DNA of 64,000 nucleotides from Selaginella moellendorffii (taxonomy: Eukaryota > Plantae > Lycopodiophyta), in NCBI RefSeq assembly GCF_000143415.4, contig NW_003314407.1:62001-126000 (forward strand), read 5' to 3'. Under the pieces are notes generated by a model, which was given only the letters and a program-made list of their open reading frames with translations, did no database searches and was not told the DNA's origin. Position numbers and translations under genes: made by a program. Of this stretch, positions 48,201 to 59,998 are shown piece after piece. Within the stretch, counting starts at the first letter, position 1. Each line of letters begins with the position of its first letter.

Positions 48201-50729
48201 CTATCTGGCTGTGTTCATCCTCTTGAGAGCGACATAAGCCAGGATCCTGTAGCCGACGACCATGAGGAGTAGAGCAAACACGTCCTCCATTGGACCGGCC
48301 TCGTTCAGGTCCACGTCAGCCATTACTCGCGCCGAGGCAATACTTTTGCAACCCGTTGCGCTGAGGCAGTCGTAGACCTGGGAGCGACTATACTGCACCT
48401 TGATCAACAGCCTAAAGGCGTAGAAAGTGTAGGAAACGTACTTGATCCATTTCACAAATGATGCTAGGCCCTGCTTGGATCATCACGCAACGTTATATCG
48501 TGAAAGAGGTTAAAACTTTCAAGGCTTACGTGAGTGAAAAATCCGCCCGTGAGCATGAAAATGAGGAGAAGGATTGATGCCAGAGTTGTTGCATGCTTTG
48601 TGTCCATCATCACGGCACCGATGAACAGACCAAGTCCCTGCAAGGACATATAAGATCAATCGCTGTGCTCTTCCAAGTACGTCAAGTTTTCTCACCTCAG
48701 CGGCAATGACAATGAGGAAGAGGCTGAGGACTGTAAGCAGGAAAGCCCCCACGGTGAGTTTCAAATGCGCCATGAAGTATGTGATGAGCAAGAAGACCAG
48801 CGGCAACACCAGGTTGAGCGGAAGATCACCGAGTGTTCTACTCATGAAATAGGAACTCAGCCTGTACATGTCAGACGCTCTTTCCTTCGCGATCATGGCT
48901 CGTTCTTGAGGGAATGTGTAGATGGCCACGAAAATGGGGAAGTAGGCCCAATAAATGGAGATAAAGAAGATCAGCCCAACCTGATGGGTTCATATCCATG
49001 AGTTACTTAGTGCATGATATGATATTAGATTGAATTGCTCACCTGGTCTTGTAAGTGTTTTTCCGAGTCGGCGCTTGAGTGCAACCACACGAGGCCGGCT
49101 ACGACCGCCGAAACAAGAACTTGAAACACCCTCAACCAGCTCAGGTACTCGTGCCGCCTCTCTTTGAATCCGCGGCTCATAAGCACCAAAAACTGCTGCC
49201 ACCACCCGATGCTCCACTCGCGCCTCGGCGGGAGGATCACGTCCTTTGCATGGGGCGGAGAATCAACACTGCTGTCCCTAAATGCTACTTCGGAGCTGAA
49301 GCACTCCACCAGATACTGCAAAGCACAGACCCCCGTGACTTACAAGATCAATGGAAACTCTAATGTGGAAAGCTTACTTCTTGCACTGCAAGCTCGGGAG
49401 GCTTTCCTACTTTGCTATCGCCTTTGCTTTGTATAAGCTTAATCTCTAGCTCTGGAGGGATGGACGTGTCACTGATGTTACCATTGGCGAGATCTAACAG
49501 GAAGTCCGCTGGATTCATAAGCAGCGATGCGTTGAGGCCGATGGAGCTGAAGTACGGCAGAGCATCCTGCCCTCTTCCGAAGAAGATAGCGTGGCCATTT
49601 GAGAGGAGGAGGAGATTGTCAAACATATGGTAAAGCCGGCTAGAGGGCTGATGAATTGTTGTGATGACTGTTCGTCCAGCCTGACAACCGGTGGTTAAAC
49701 TTTTCCTCGATGAATGAAGGGATCAACTCTACAATACCTGAGCAAGCCCATGTAACAATTGCAGGATCCTTAAAGCAGTTGTAGAGTCGAGGCCAGAAGT
49801 TGGCTCATCCAGAAAGATTATGGATGGATCAATCAGAATCTCCTGCCCGATGCAAACCCGTTTTCTTTCACCGCCTGATACACCACGCTCGAAAGGCCCT
49901 CCAATTATCGTGTCCTTGCACCTGCATTGCAAATTGCCAGTTAGCAAGGGTTAGCGAGAGAGGGAGAGTAGAACTCTCGCGAGCTAAGATCTTTCTTACT
50001 TATCAAGGCCCAGCTCTAGGATGATACTGTCTGCCCGCTGAATCTTTTCTTGCCTCGAGAGTTTCTTGGGCAGCCTGAGCAAAGCTGCATAGCGGAGCGT
50101 TTCTTTCACTGTCAAGTGCATGAACAGCACGTCATCCTGTGTCACGAAACCCATTCTGCCCCAAATCAAATGCTTGGTGTTTTCAAACCATAGGCATTAC
50201 TTTCACTACCTATGGAAAAGAAAATCTAGAGCCTAGGCTTTAGAAAGTTTAGTACCTTCGCTTGAGTGCCTTGGTGTAGCCCATGTCATTGTAGGTGATC
50301 GATCCAGAATGTAAATTTGTTTGCGATCTTCCAGCTAAAAGACTGAGCAGTGTGGTTTTACCACTCCCGGAAGGACCCATCATCGCTAGAATCTGACCGG
50401 GTCCAACAGCGCCAGATACTCCATGAAGGATTTCCTTTCCAACAATATTGGAGGAACCACGGCACAAGGTTGAAGTCTTGAATCGGATGCTGCATCGAAC
50501 ATCCACAAACTGTGCGAGAGGATCCAACGATTGAATGATCAGATGAGAACAACACGAAATAGACTACCTTCAAATAGATTGGAATCACAACGCTCTTGAT
50601 GTCCACGGAACAGTGTTGGGGAGCTACTTCCACTTCACACATACATGCAGGATCCTTTGTCTTGATCTTGATCTCACCCAATGAGATTTCTTCATGATCC
50701 ACACATGATTGCCTGGGAGGAAGAGCCAT
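48201..50729 (-). CDS. Half-size ABCG transporter (ABCG22/26/27-like)
   Basis: [57 protein letters not shown]. Confidence 0.92.
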
Positions 50730-51345
50730 GCCAATTGTAATGTATCTCCAGAGCTAACTGGAGACATGCACAAGAGCCCTAATTCGGTTTGCAAAGGCAA
50801 ATATAAACACTGACGGTTGGCCGTCAAATTTCCGCCGCTCAAAAATGAAATCGAACACCTGTACCCGCCTTTCGTTTTCAACGGCCACTCACAAATATTC
50901 CAAATTCCAAACTTAGTGGTCGATGGAGGCAATCTAAGATCGATCGCCCAATTCATTCAGTCACACAAAACAGCAGATACTTTCCAGATTCTACATATTT
51001 CTTTTGTGCTGTCCCAGCAGCCGCACTCAGGAAGGAGGCATGCCGCCCTTCCTGCAAAATCTCCTTTAGATCATGAAAGTTCCAGAGCTTCTTCCAGATG
51101 TTGCTCTTGTGATGACCCCTGTGGTCTCTTTTAATTATTCTAGAGCAATCATGCTTCCAAGTTCATAAAATGTATGCCTTTATTGGGAATCTTGTTCCGT
51201 GTGGCATCCTCCAAGCATATTCAGACACCAGGTATCTGCCATATGCCCAAGGATGGCATGGAAATTTGGATATGCCCACAAAGGTCATATTGATGATTTA
51301 CATCAGGCAAGGAGGCAAGAGGGAGAAACAATGAGAAAAAAAAAC

Positions 51346-53328
51346 TTATCTCATCCCATCTAACAACGTCGCCTGCGCAATCACCTGGTTGATCACGCCC
51401 TCCACAATCTCTCTTCTCAGCTCTCCAAAGAGCGCCGCAACTTCCTCATGCAGCAGCTGGAGTGACTCGTCACCACATCCGGCAGCCCGGTAAAGAACGC
51501 CCATCTTCGACAGCGTCTCGAAGTTCCCGGGAGCAGTCTCGTGTAGGATTCTCATGTAGTCGCCAGCGCTCGGAAGCTCCGGGTGCTTGAGCACGCAGAC
51601 CGCAGAGTAACGCTCCACCTGTGCCGCACGGATGCAATCCTTCTCCTCGTCGCTGAAACCCCTCGCAGTCATCCTCTTCTCCAAGTCCAAAACTTCGTCG
51701 AGGGTCTTCTGCGCGTCACCTCGACGACGATCATAGAACTTAAAGCTGGCGAGAAGATCCTTGTTCGTCCTCTCCAAGACGCACCGCTTGCAAGAGCACT
51801 CAAAGTCGAGGCGCTTGCACTTCACCTCCCGCGCCGGCAACGGAGCCAAGAGCAGTGGTTCCATGCTCCCAGTCGCCTCGAGATAAGAGAGTAGAACCTC
51901 GTCACCGGCACTCATGTTCCTGGCAGCCCGGATGAACATCACGCGTCCGAAGCACACCTTGGAGGCATTGGGAGTGCACGAGTGATTGAAAAAGCCGCTC
52001 GAGGCCCAGACTCCGGCGATCCAGGCATCTCCGGCCTGAGTGGTGAAGCCGCACCGGTGGCCAACTCGTCTCACTCGCTCGATATCCACCTCCTCAACTT
52101 TCGATCCCGGCGGTACCACAACTCTTCCAATGTTGCACTTGAAGCGATCCAAGTCCGGTACCGTCGTCATCTTGCTCGCGTCCGCCATCGCATAGATGTG
52201 GTACCGTGGCCTGCTGGAAGTGCTGCAAGATCGTATCAGCTCCACGTACAAATCCCTGTCCGCGTTTTCGATCCTCGGAGTCTTCACGTACGCAGTCGGG
52301 TTGCAAACGATGAGCAGCTCCCCCCGCCTTACGTCCCGAGTGAGATACACACCTCTTCCTCGACCGTCCGGAGTCATCCTCAGCTCCAGAGGTCCGAAGT
52401 AGTCACTACACTTGGGTTCCACCTTCCGGCCAAGCACGAAGTCCGTGATATCGTACTCACCGTCCCGGCTCTCCCGCAAGTAAGTCCTGGATCTCTCCAA
52501 GTCGATCGAGACGTCAGGCGGAGCGTCCGGCAGCGCCACAGCCGACTGGAAGCACGGAAGTGCGAGCTCGTGCTCCTGGAGCGCGGTCAGGCTCTTGCCT
52601 TTGCACCACAGGCTCCGTGCATGGTGGCTATCGGACGCCCCCGGGATCTTGGTGGCGGTCTCGGCGTCCACAAAGGCCTCCTCGTACCGTCGCAGCCGGA
52701 GCCTCGCCTCGGCTCTCCTGGAGAAGACTTGCTTCTCCAAGACACCGTAAGTTGGAGCTCCGCTCTTGGCTCTCATGTCCAGCAGCTCGGTGTAGTACAG
52801 CTCGGCCAGCACGTAGCTCCCTCGACTGAGCAACGCGTTGGCTTCCTTGAGGAGCCTCCCGAGCGGCTTGGCGCTGGCGGCTCTCGCGAGTCCCAGGAAC
52901 TCCACGGACGCGGGGCTGGAGACTTGCAGCGCGGACGAGAAGCACAGCGGCTCTTTGATGGCAACTCTGGCATTTGGCGGAAACAAGAGCTCGCCATCTT
53001 CCTGCCTCGAGGTGGAGGCGACGGCATTGAAGACGTGCAGCAGCGCACAGCCGCGGTCGTTTCCACCGTCCTCCTCCTGCTCCACGAGGCACAGCACCGC
53101 ATTGGCGGCCGGGAGAGCTGCGGAGGTGCATATCTTAGCATACACTACGCGACCGTGATAGCAAACCTCGCGGCTGAGGCACCGGGTTCCAACGCAGGCG
53201 TCCACCATGTCCAGCTTCCTCAGCCCTGGCAGCGGCGCCGATGAGAGCTTGCATCCATCGCTCATCGCCGTGCCGGTGGCATTGGGCACGGCGGCCTTGA
53301 ACGCGCGCAGCAGCACCTCCTTATCCAT
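51346..53328 (-). CDS. TPR + SET-domain methyltransferase (ATXR1/SDG35/SMYD-like), intronless
   Basis: TPR helices, GRGRGVY, FFNHSCTPNA, GDEVLLSY, post-SET FECSCKRC; first ATG at 53328. Confidence 0.88.
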   Translation of the reverse strand: MDKEVLLRAFKAAVPNATGTAMSDGCKLSSAPLPGLRKLDMVDACVGTRCLSREVCYHGRVVYAKICTSAALPAANAVLCLVEQEEDGGNDRGCALLHVFNAVASTSRQEDGELLFPPNARVAIKEPLCFSSALQVSSPASVEFLGLARAASAKPLGRLLKEANALLSRGSYVLAELYYTELLDMRAKSGAPTYGVLEKQVFSRRAEARLRLRRYEEAFVDAETATKIPGASDSHHARSLWCKGKSLTALQEHELALPCFQSAVALPDAPPDVSIDLERSRTYLRESRDGEYDITDFVLGRKVEPKCSDYFGPLELRMTPDGRGRGVYLTRDVRRGELLIVCNPTAYVKTPRIENADRDLYVELIRSCSTSSRPRYHIYAMADASKMTTVPDLDRFKCNIGRVVVPPGSKVEEVDIERVRRVGHRCGFTTQAGDAWIAGVWASSGFFNHSCTPNASKVCFGRVMFIRAARNMSAGDEVLLSYLEATGSMEPLLLAPLPAREVKCKRLDFECSCKRCVLERTNKDLLASFKFYDRRRGDAQKTLDEVLDLEKRMTARGFSDEEKDCIRAAQVERYSAVCVLKHPELPSAGDYMRILHETAPGNFETLSKMGVLYRAAGCGDESLQLLHEEVAALFGELRREIVEGVINQVIAQATLLDGMR

Positions 53329-53649
53329 TGCACCCAAGCTCTAGGGTTTATGCCACGTCACACGAAAGCATATTCCCAGGATTTTACCTACATTCTTTTC
53401 TCAAGGGGTGAATCTCCATCCGCGACCAACGGTCGCAACGGCCACCACGTGTTGTTTGTCTGTTGGCCACAGCAACTAAAGCGTAAGCGTTAATGTGGGT
53501 TTTTAGCGCATATTCTGTCGCATTCACACACGCAACACTTGAGCTCCTGCCAAGGGAAAAAGGGAGGGACGCAAACGCCCAACGAGCTCCCAGTTTTTTT
53601 AGGTTTGCGCGTTGCCAAGATCGATCCGGCTGCGCCGACGGAGGTGTAA

Positions 53650-56494
53650 ATGGCGCCGATCTGGTCGGCGGCGCTGCCACTGCTGCTTCTTCTTCGTCAC
53701 ACCATAGGTAGGCGCGCGCCGGTGATTCTTTGCTTGTCCTGCATTCCTTGATCTCTTCCATAGTTCCGGGGCATAGCATTCCTGCTGCATTCTCATCTTG
53801 TTCCAGACTGGTCACTAACGCCTCCAGGAGAGAGCAGGATATCACGGTGTGGCACTCGATCCGGATCAAGTGGTAGCAGCGCACCGCCGACCTTGGCTGC
53901 TTGAGGAAATCGACCAGGGCCACCATCCTCCGGGTGTAGGACATCACCCTCCTGGAGTGGGGCATCATCCTCCGGGCGTTGGACACCATCCTCCCGGTGT
54001 TGGACACCATCCTCCCGGCGTTGGACATCATCCTCCTGGTGTCGGTCACCATCTCCCCAAGCGTAAGTCTGCTTAGCTTCTCTTGGCAGCAATGTAGATC
54101 CACTCATGCGTGAATTCATGCTCTACAGCCTCGTCGCTAGCTCGGGCATTTGTGGCACTGCAAGCCTGGAAACGCATGATCTTTCGCGACCCGCTAAACA
54201 TTACCGGGAGCTGGGTGGGCAGCGAAGTATGTAACTACAGAGGTGTCTTTTGCGGGCCTTCTCTCCACGACCCTACACTCCGCGTTGTGAGTGGGATGTA
54301 CGTGTACATGTAGACCATGCTTGCGCGGTATTTCACTGACCTTTTGATGCGTTGCTTGTTATTCCAGTGATCTGAATCACGCCAATCTTGGTGGTCAACT
54401 CCCCAGTGAACTGGGACTTCTGACCGAGCTCGGTATCTTGTGAGTGTGGTAAATTCATCCACCGTCCAAGAGTTCTTGCTTATCTTTTTCTTTTCCTTGT
54501 CCAGTCATGTGAACAGCAACGAATTTACAGGGGGGCTACCCGAAAGTCTGAAAAATCTCGTTCTCCTTGGAGAACTGTAAGCATTTGCTGTTTAGCTGTT
54601 GGTCTTGACGTTAATATTTTTACAGGGACGTAAGTAACAACAAGCTGTCTGGAGTATTTCCTGCTGTTACTCTGCAATTGCCAAGTCTTATATATCTGTA
54701 AGTTGACACTTTTTCTTCGATATGATATGTAAGTTTGGTACTTTTGCAGGGATATAAGATTCAACCGGTTTTATGGAAGCATACCCGCAGAAATCTTTGA
54801 TAAGAAGCTGGATGCACTGTAAGTTACTATACTGCAATTATCTGAGACAGGACTTGACGTTTGCTGTCTTCAGCTTTGTCAACAACAATAACTTCGGAAA
54901 TCCTATCCCGGCCAATTTCGGAAACTCTCCAGTTTCTGTTGTGTACGTGTCCTGTTGCACATTTTTTATGCTAAAACAATTTGTTCTGTTGCTGTCATGC
55001 TGTAGGGTCCTCGCCAATAACCAGTTCACTGGAAATATTCCGAATAGCTTAGGAAGCATGTCGAGGACATTAAATGAAATGTGAGTGACGACGAAATGTC
55101 GACCATACTGCGCCTGATCCTTGGAGTTCTATTGCAGAGTATTTCTCAACAACAGTCTCGCGGGTGCTCTACCATCAGAAATCGGACTTTTGAATCAAGT
55201 ATCTGTATTGTAAGATGTTTGTTTTTTGTTTCGAAGTTTCTAATACCTGCTCCTGTGTGAAGTGACGTGGGCTTCAACAAACTAAGTAGCGGTTTGCCCG
55301 ACAGCATCGCGAACATGGTTGAGCTGGTTGAATTCAACGTCGGAAACAATTTCCTCTCCGGAATTCTGACTGACAATGTCTGCAACTTGCCGAAGATAAG
55401 AAATCTGTGAGTTTCGCTAAACGGTCTTGTATGTATGTTAGTAAACCTTTTGTGTGTGCAGGACCTTTTCTAACAACTACTTCATTGGGGAGAGTCCCTC
55501 GTGCGCGTCTCTATCAAGACGAGGGTATGCATCGCACTCGTTCATGTTGTTTTTTGCGTGACGCAATTTGTTTTTGCAGTGTGACGGTAAGTACGAGCGG
55601 GAACTGTTTCTCAAGTCAGAGTGGCCAGAAGTCAGGCAAAGAATGCAGAGATTTCTACGGTAAGCTCGTTAGGAAGTTATGCGGATTGTGCTAACTCTTG
55701 TTTTTCTTCTTCTTCTTCTTCTCTCTCAGCTCCACCTCCACCTTCAGCACCAGCTGCTCCACCGGTGGGAACACCCCCACTATCTCCGACACCTCTCCCT
55801 CCTAGCCCGATATTTTTTCCACCTCCAACTCCACTGGCACCATTCGGCTCTCCACCTCCACCGTCGCCAATCGGCTCTCCTCCTCCCCCACTATCTCCGA
55901 CACCTCTCCCTCCTAGTCCGATTTTATTTCCACCTCCACCTCCACCGTCACCAACCGTTTCTCCTCCTCCAGCATCCTGTCCATCGGGATATAGCAGGGG
56001 TCAAAATTCGGGACATTGCTTCCAGCTTGTGAAGCAGCATGCAACCTGGAGCAATGCCGAGAAATATTGCGCACAACATGGGGGTCACTTGGCAGCAGTG
56101 GCGGATTTTAACGAACTCAAGGACATCGGCGACTTTTGCAGCCAGGCTCCCCCGAATCAAGGTAAGCACGTAGACTGTCTCGTTCGATATTTCTAACAGG
56201 AATTATCCTCTTGCAGCATTGGTGGATCCTTATAGTCCTAAAGGTCAAGGATGTTATCTGGGAGGCCAGAAAGCGAACGCCTCCTGGATCTGGCCGAGTT
56301 CTCCATGCATCAACTTCAACAGCAGTTACTGGAACTTCTTGGAGCCGAATAACTTGTATGGAAACGAAAACTGCGTGTCCATAAAGTATGAGCCCCCAAT
56401 CTTGCGAGCCTCGGCTTCTTCACTGGCATACATGCTCAACGATCTATTCTGCGAACACGAGCTTCCGTTCGTATGCGCACCAACAAGATGCTGA
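53650..56494 (+). CDS. LRR-extensin-like secreted protein with N-terminal His/Pro repeat and C-terminal C-type lectin domain
   Basis: Signal-like peptide; (GHHPPGV)n; LRX cap AFVALQAWK...WVGSEVCNYRGVFC; ~10 LRRs; Cys-rich linker; SP3-4 region; CTLD. Splicing of the first intron is ambiguous. Confidence 0.85.
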
Positions 56495-56580
56495 GCCCGA
56501 GACTAAAAAGTTACGTTTTATATAAAATACAACCCGGCCAAGTCCTCCCAGGTAAACAGAAAGAACACAATCGAAGCGTT

Positions 56581-57261
56581 TTAACTGCTTTCATCTTTTG
56601 CAGCATTAGCAGCAACATCACCACCACCAGCAGCAGCACGCAGCGCTTTTCTCAAGCCGAGCACTATAAACAGATTCGTGACTGTAAGGAGCGATTCGGC
56701 ACCGCCGTGAAGCCAATCAACGTTCGAGAGAGATGTGCCGTAGTGAAGTTTGGCTGCATGCAACACACAGAGTTCAAATCGTCATCAAATCGTGGATATA
56801 AGGCTTTCGCATTTGCGAGCGTACCATAGATGCCAGCAGGAACTGTGGTAGCACAGAAGCGGTTCCAAAGACGTACATATGTTGCAAGTTAGATCCACAA
56901 CCAAAACAAGACGAGAAGACTTACTTGTAGCTGCGACGAATGCGAGTAGAAAGTAGAAGCCAAAGAGGGTGAGCTGGGGCGCAGTCTTGGACTTGGTAAG
57001 GTGATAGAGGAAGCCGAGATACGGGAAGAGCGATGCAGCAAACAGCTGAGACGCCAGGCTCTGTGAATTGACGCCACCGGGAGACCAAGGATCCACCACA
57101 GTCGCAGCAGTAGCAGCGACACTAGAGGCCGCGAGCTCCACCAATTCAGTAGCACCTGTTGCTGCTGTCAATCTTCCGGGCCTGCGATTGCGAAGACGGC
57201 CATTGGGATGCAAACCCGTTGTCGCTGGAGGAGGAGCTCCCGTGAATGCTATCACCACCAT
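56581..57261 (-). CDS. DUF3593-family plastid membrane protein
   Basis: Transit-like N-terminus; LFAASLFPYLGFLY, TIPAGIY, SLSNVDWLHGGAESLLT; 3 exons. Confidence 0.85.
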
Positions 57262-57304
57262 CGTCCTAAACGAGATAGGTAAGTAGAGACTGACTGTCTC
57301 CCCT

Positions 57305-59629
57305 CTACACCACTTCCAAAGAATGACCGCCCTTGTGCTCCGGGATCGGCATTGCTTCCAGGGCCAAGGATTTCTTCACGTCCATATCCGACATGCTCTT
57401 TTGCCTGCGCTGCACGTCCAGGCCACAGCTGGTCTTGGACGCCTGAACCTCCTTGAACTGAAACTCGGACGATCCAAAACTCTGGCGCTTGTCACCTCGG
57501 TCGTCGCACATTGCGAGCTCTTCGAGTGATGGCCGGCCACAGAAGCGCATACCGGGCTTCTGCTTGTATCTGTCTCTCAGCTCCAGCACTGCCTGCTCGT
57601 GCTGTCTCCGGAGTTGCCTCAGCTCCTGCTCTTGCTTGTGTGCCAGCACCGCCATCTCCCACTCAAGTGGATCGTCAATCCCAGCACTAGAGCCTTCTTC
57701 CTCGCATGACGACCCCTCTGGAACAGCACTGGCATGCTCGGGTCTCTTGTCTGGAACTGGCGTCGAATGGAAGTCCCACAACTTTGCTGTTTCCTGATTC
57801 TCTCTCGGAGTCGCGTGAGATCTCATTGGCAACGACTGATACGTAAACTCCTCGAATCGTCCGTGCATTGTTCCCTCCAAGTTCTGTGGTGAAAGGCTCT
57901 CGACTTCGGAGTTTCTGGAAGATACTGTCTCGCAAGTGTCGATATCGTCGGTATCGTGAAGGGTGGTGTCTTCTCTGTGTTCTTCAAACGAAGCCCCGGG
58001 TCTCCAGTGAGGGACCAGCAGCACTATCTCCGCATCGATCATATCAGCGATGGTCGTGACATCCTGGTCGGAGAGGTCTAGCTCGGCTACCATTTCACTT
58101 GCCACGCATAGTGCAGTGTCAGCTTCTACGTCGAAGGGGAAATGAATGTTTCGAATGCAGCCTGCGATGGAAAGATTAAAGAAGCCACTTTGAGCAGAAA
58201 AGCATACCTTCCTGGTCCGCAATCCGGAGTTTTAAAAAGATTGTGTCGTCGTTTCTTCGTCTGACTCTTACTCTGAAGTCTCTGCTGCGCCGTGTCAACT
58301 CGTGGTGATTGTGATGTGCACCTCTAGGTGCCAGGTCATAAGCCATAGCTCCAGCGTGAATAGTGGACAGCGAGTCGTCGCCATTCTCCTCGAGAATTAC
58401 TTCCAGCTCGTCCATGCTGTCGTGAGGCTCGTGAACGACCCCCCTTTCGGCTGTATGGCACTGAAGAAATGGATCCATGAGCAGCTCTCTTGCTGGAAGC
58501 CTCCTACATGCTTTGGCTAGGCACTGCTCCACAAAAGCCCGCATTTGAGGATCCTGAACTTTGTTCAGCGCAGCTGGCTTCTTTCCCTGTCACAAGGAGT
58601 CACAAAGGAATAAGTAACCGGTCGGGAAACTCTAAGATTGGGCTCACCGATGTAACCTTCTTGTAGATTTGGGCAGCATTCATGCACTCGCTATAAGGAT
58701 ACTCGAAGGTGACCATCTCCAGGAGGCACATACCAAACGAGTAGATGTCGACAAGTTCATTGTAATCCTCCTCGTACAGCTCAGGAGCCATGAACTCCGG
58801 CGTTCCTACACAGTGCATGCTCTGTGAATATCTCAAAATTCCAGCAACCTCTTCTTGTGCTGCTTGAGCTTACCAATCACGCTATGAGCACCGTGTGCTT
58901 GCCGCAAAATCCCAGCAAGTCCAAGGTCTCCAATCTTCACTTCGCCGTGGTTTCCATTCACAAAGATGTTGTCACACTTGAGGTCGCGGTGTATGATCGG
59001 TGGATCATGGCTGTGCAGATAGAGAAGCCCCCGCAGAATCTGCCTTGCCCAGTGCTTGACAGCCTTCAAATCAACATGCTTGTGTTTCCTACGGTACCTG
59101 CTCTGAGAAAAAGAAAAAATGATCAAGCATCACACTTGTCTCGAGCACAGAGAAGAAACAAAACTTACTGCCTCAAGTTCCCCGACGTGAATATCTCGGT
59201 GATGAAATTCACGTTGTTGCTCGTGGTATCCACCCACGAGTTGTAAAACTTGATGATGTTCTTGTGCTTGAGCGATTTGAGCAAGTGTACCTCCGAGTAT
59301 AGGCGCTCCAAATCCTCGGGACTCCTGAGCACATCGTGGAGCTTCACTTGATTCCAGGCAACTTCGATCCCATCGATCTCATCGAAAGCCTTGTATCTGT
59401 CACGAGTGACAAGTTAAAGCCAAGGAAGCGCAAGAGAAGACGACTTACACAGTCTTGAAAGCCCCCTTGCCGAGTAGCTCCTTGTACTGCGCGGGCATGA
59501 AGCGTTAGATTACTCTTTTATCATCATCGCATCGCTAAAGCAAGCACATACCCGGCCATAGCGACCAGTTGGATCGACTTCCACGAATTCTGCCTCATCC
59601 TCACTGCCTAGATCCAGCTGAGAGCTCAT
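57305..59629 (-). CDS. WNK: WNK Ser/Thr kinase
   Basis: [60 protein letters not shown]. Confidence 0.95.
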
Positions 59630-59998
59630 TCTAGAAGCAAGAAATCTGGATCTCGATCGATTCTCACACTGATGGAGCTGCGCCTCCGCCTGGCAGCCGT
59701 CGCCGGTGCGCATTGGATGGATCTGTGGAGCTAGAAGATCACGCTACCCTCCATTGCCCGACTACTTAGGTCGAGGAGCTAGCTAGGTTTACCCACCCAA
59801 CACACACCCAACCCACACACACTCTCCACACATCACACACACACGAGTTACTCTTAATTAAAATTCTATTAACACAAAAAGGGTTTAACTAACGCCGTGG
59901 ATCTGGGTTAAGCTTGAAAAGCATCTTTCCGCCATACAGCGCCAAGGAGCTAGCTAGTGAAATGGTGGAGGGCGAGAGTGCTAGGGCAGGGGCTGGGA

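Noticed and set aside
51982-53244. 420-aa plus-strand ORF
   Set aside because: Antisense shadow of the GC-rich SET gene; no motifs.
59790-59845. CA-rich tract between WNK and CYP97C1
   Set aside because: Low-complexity promoter sequence with no specific structure.
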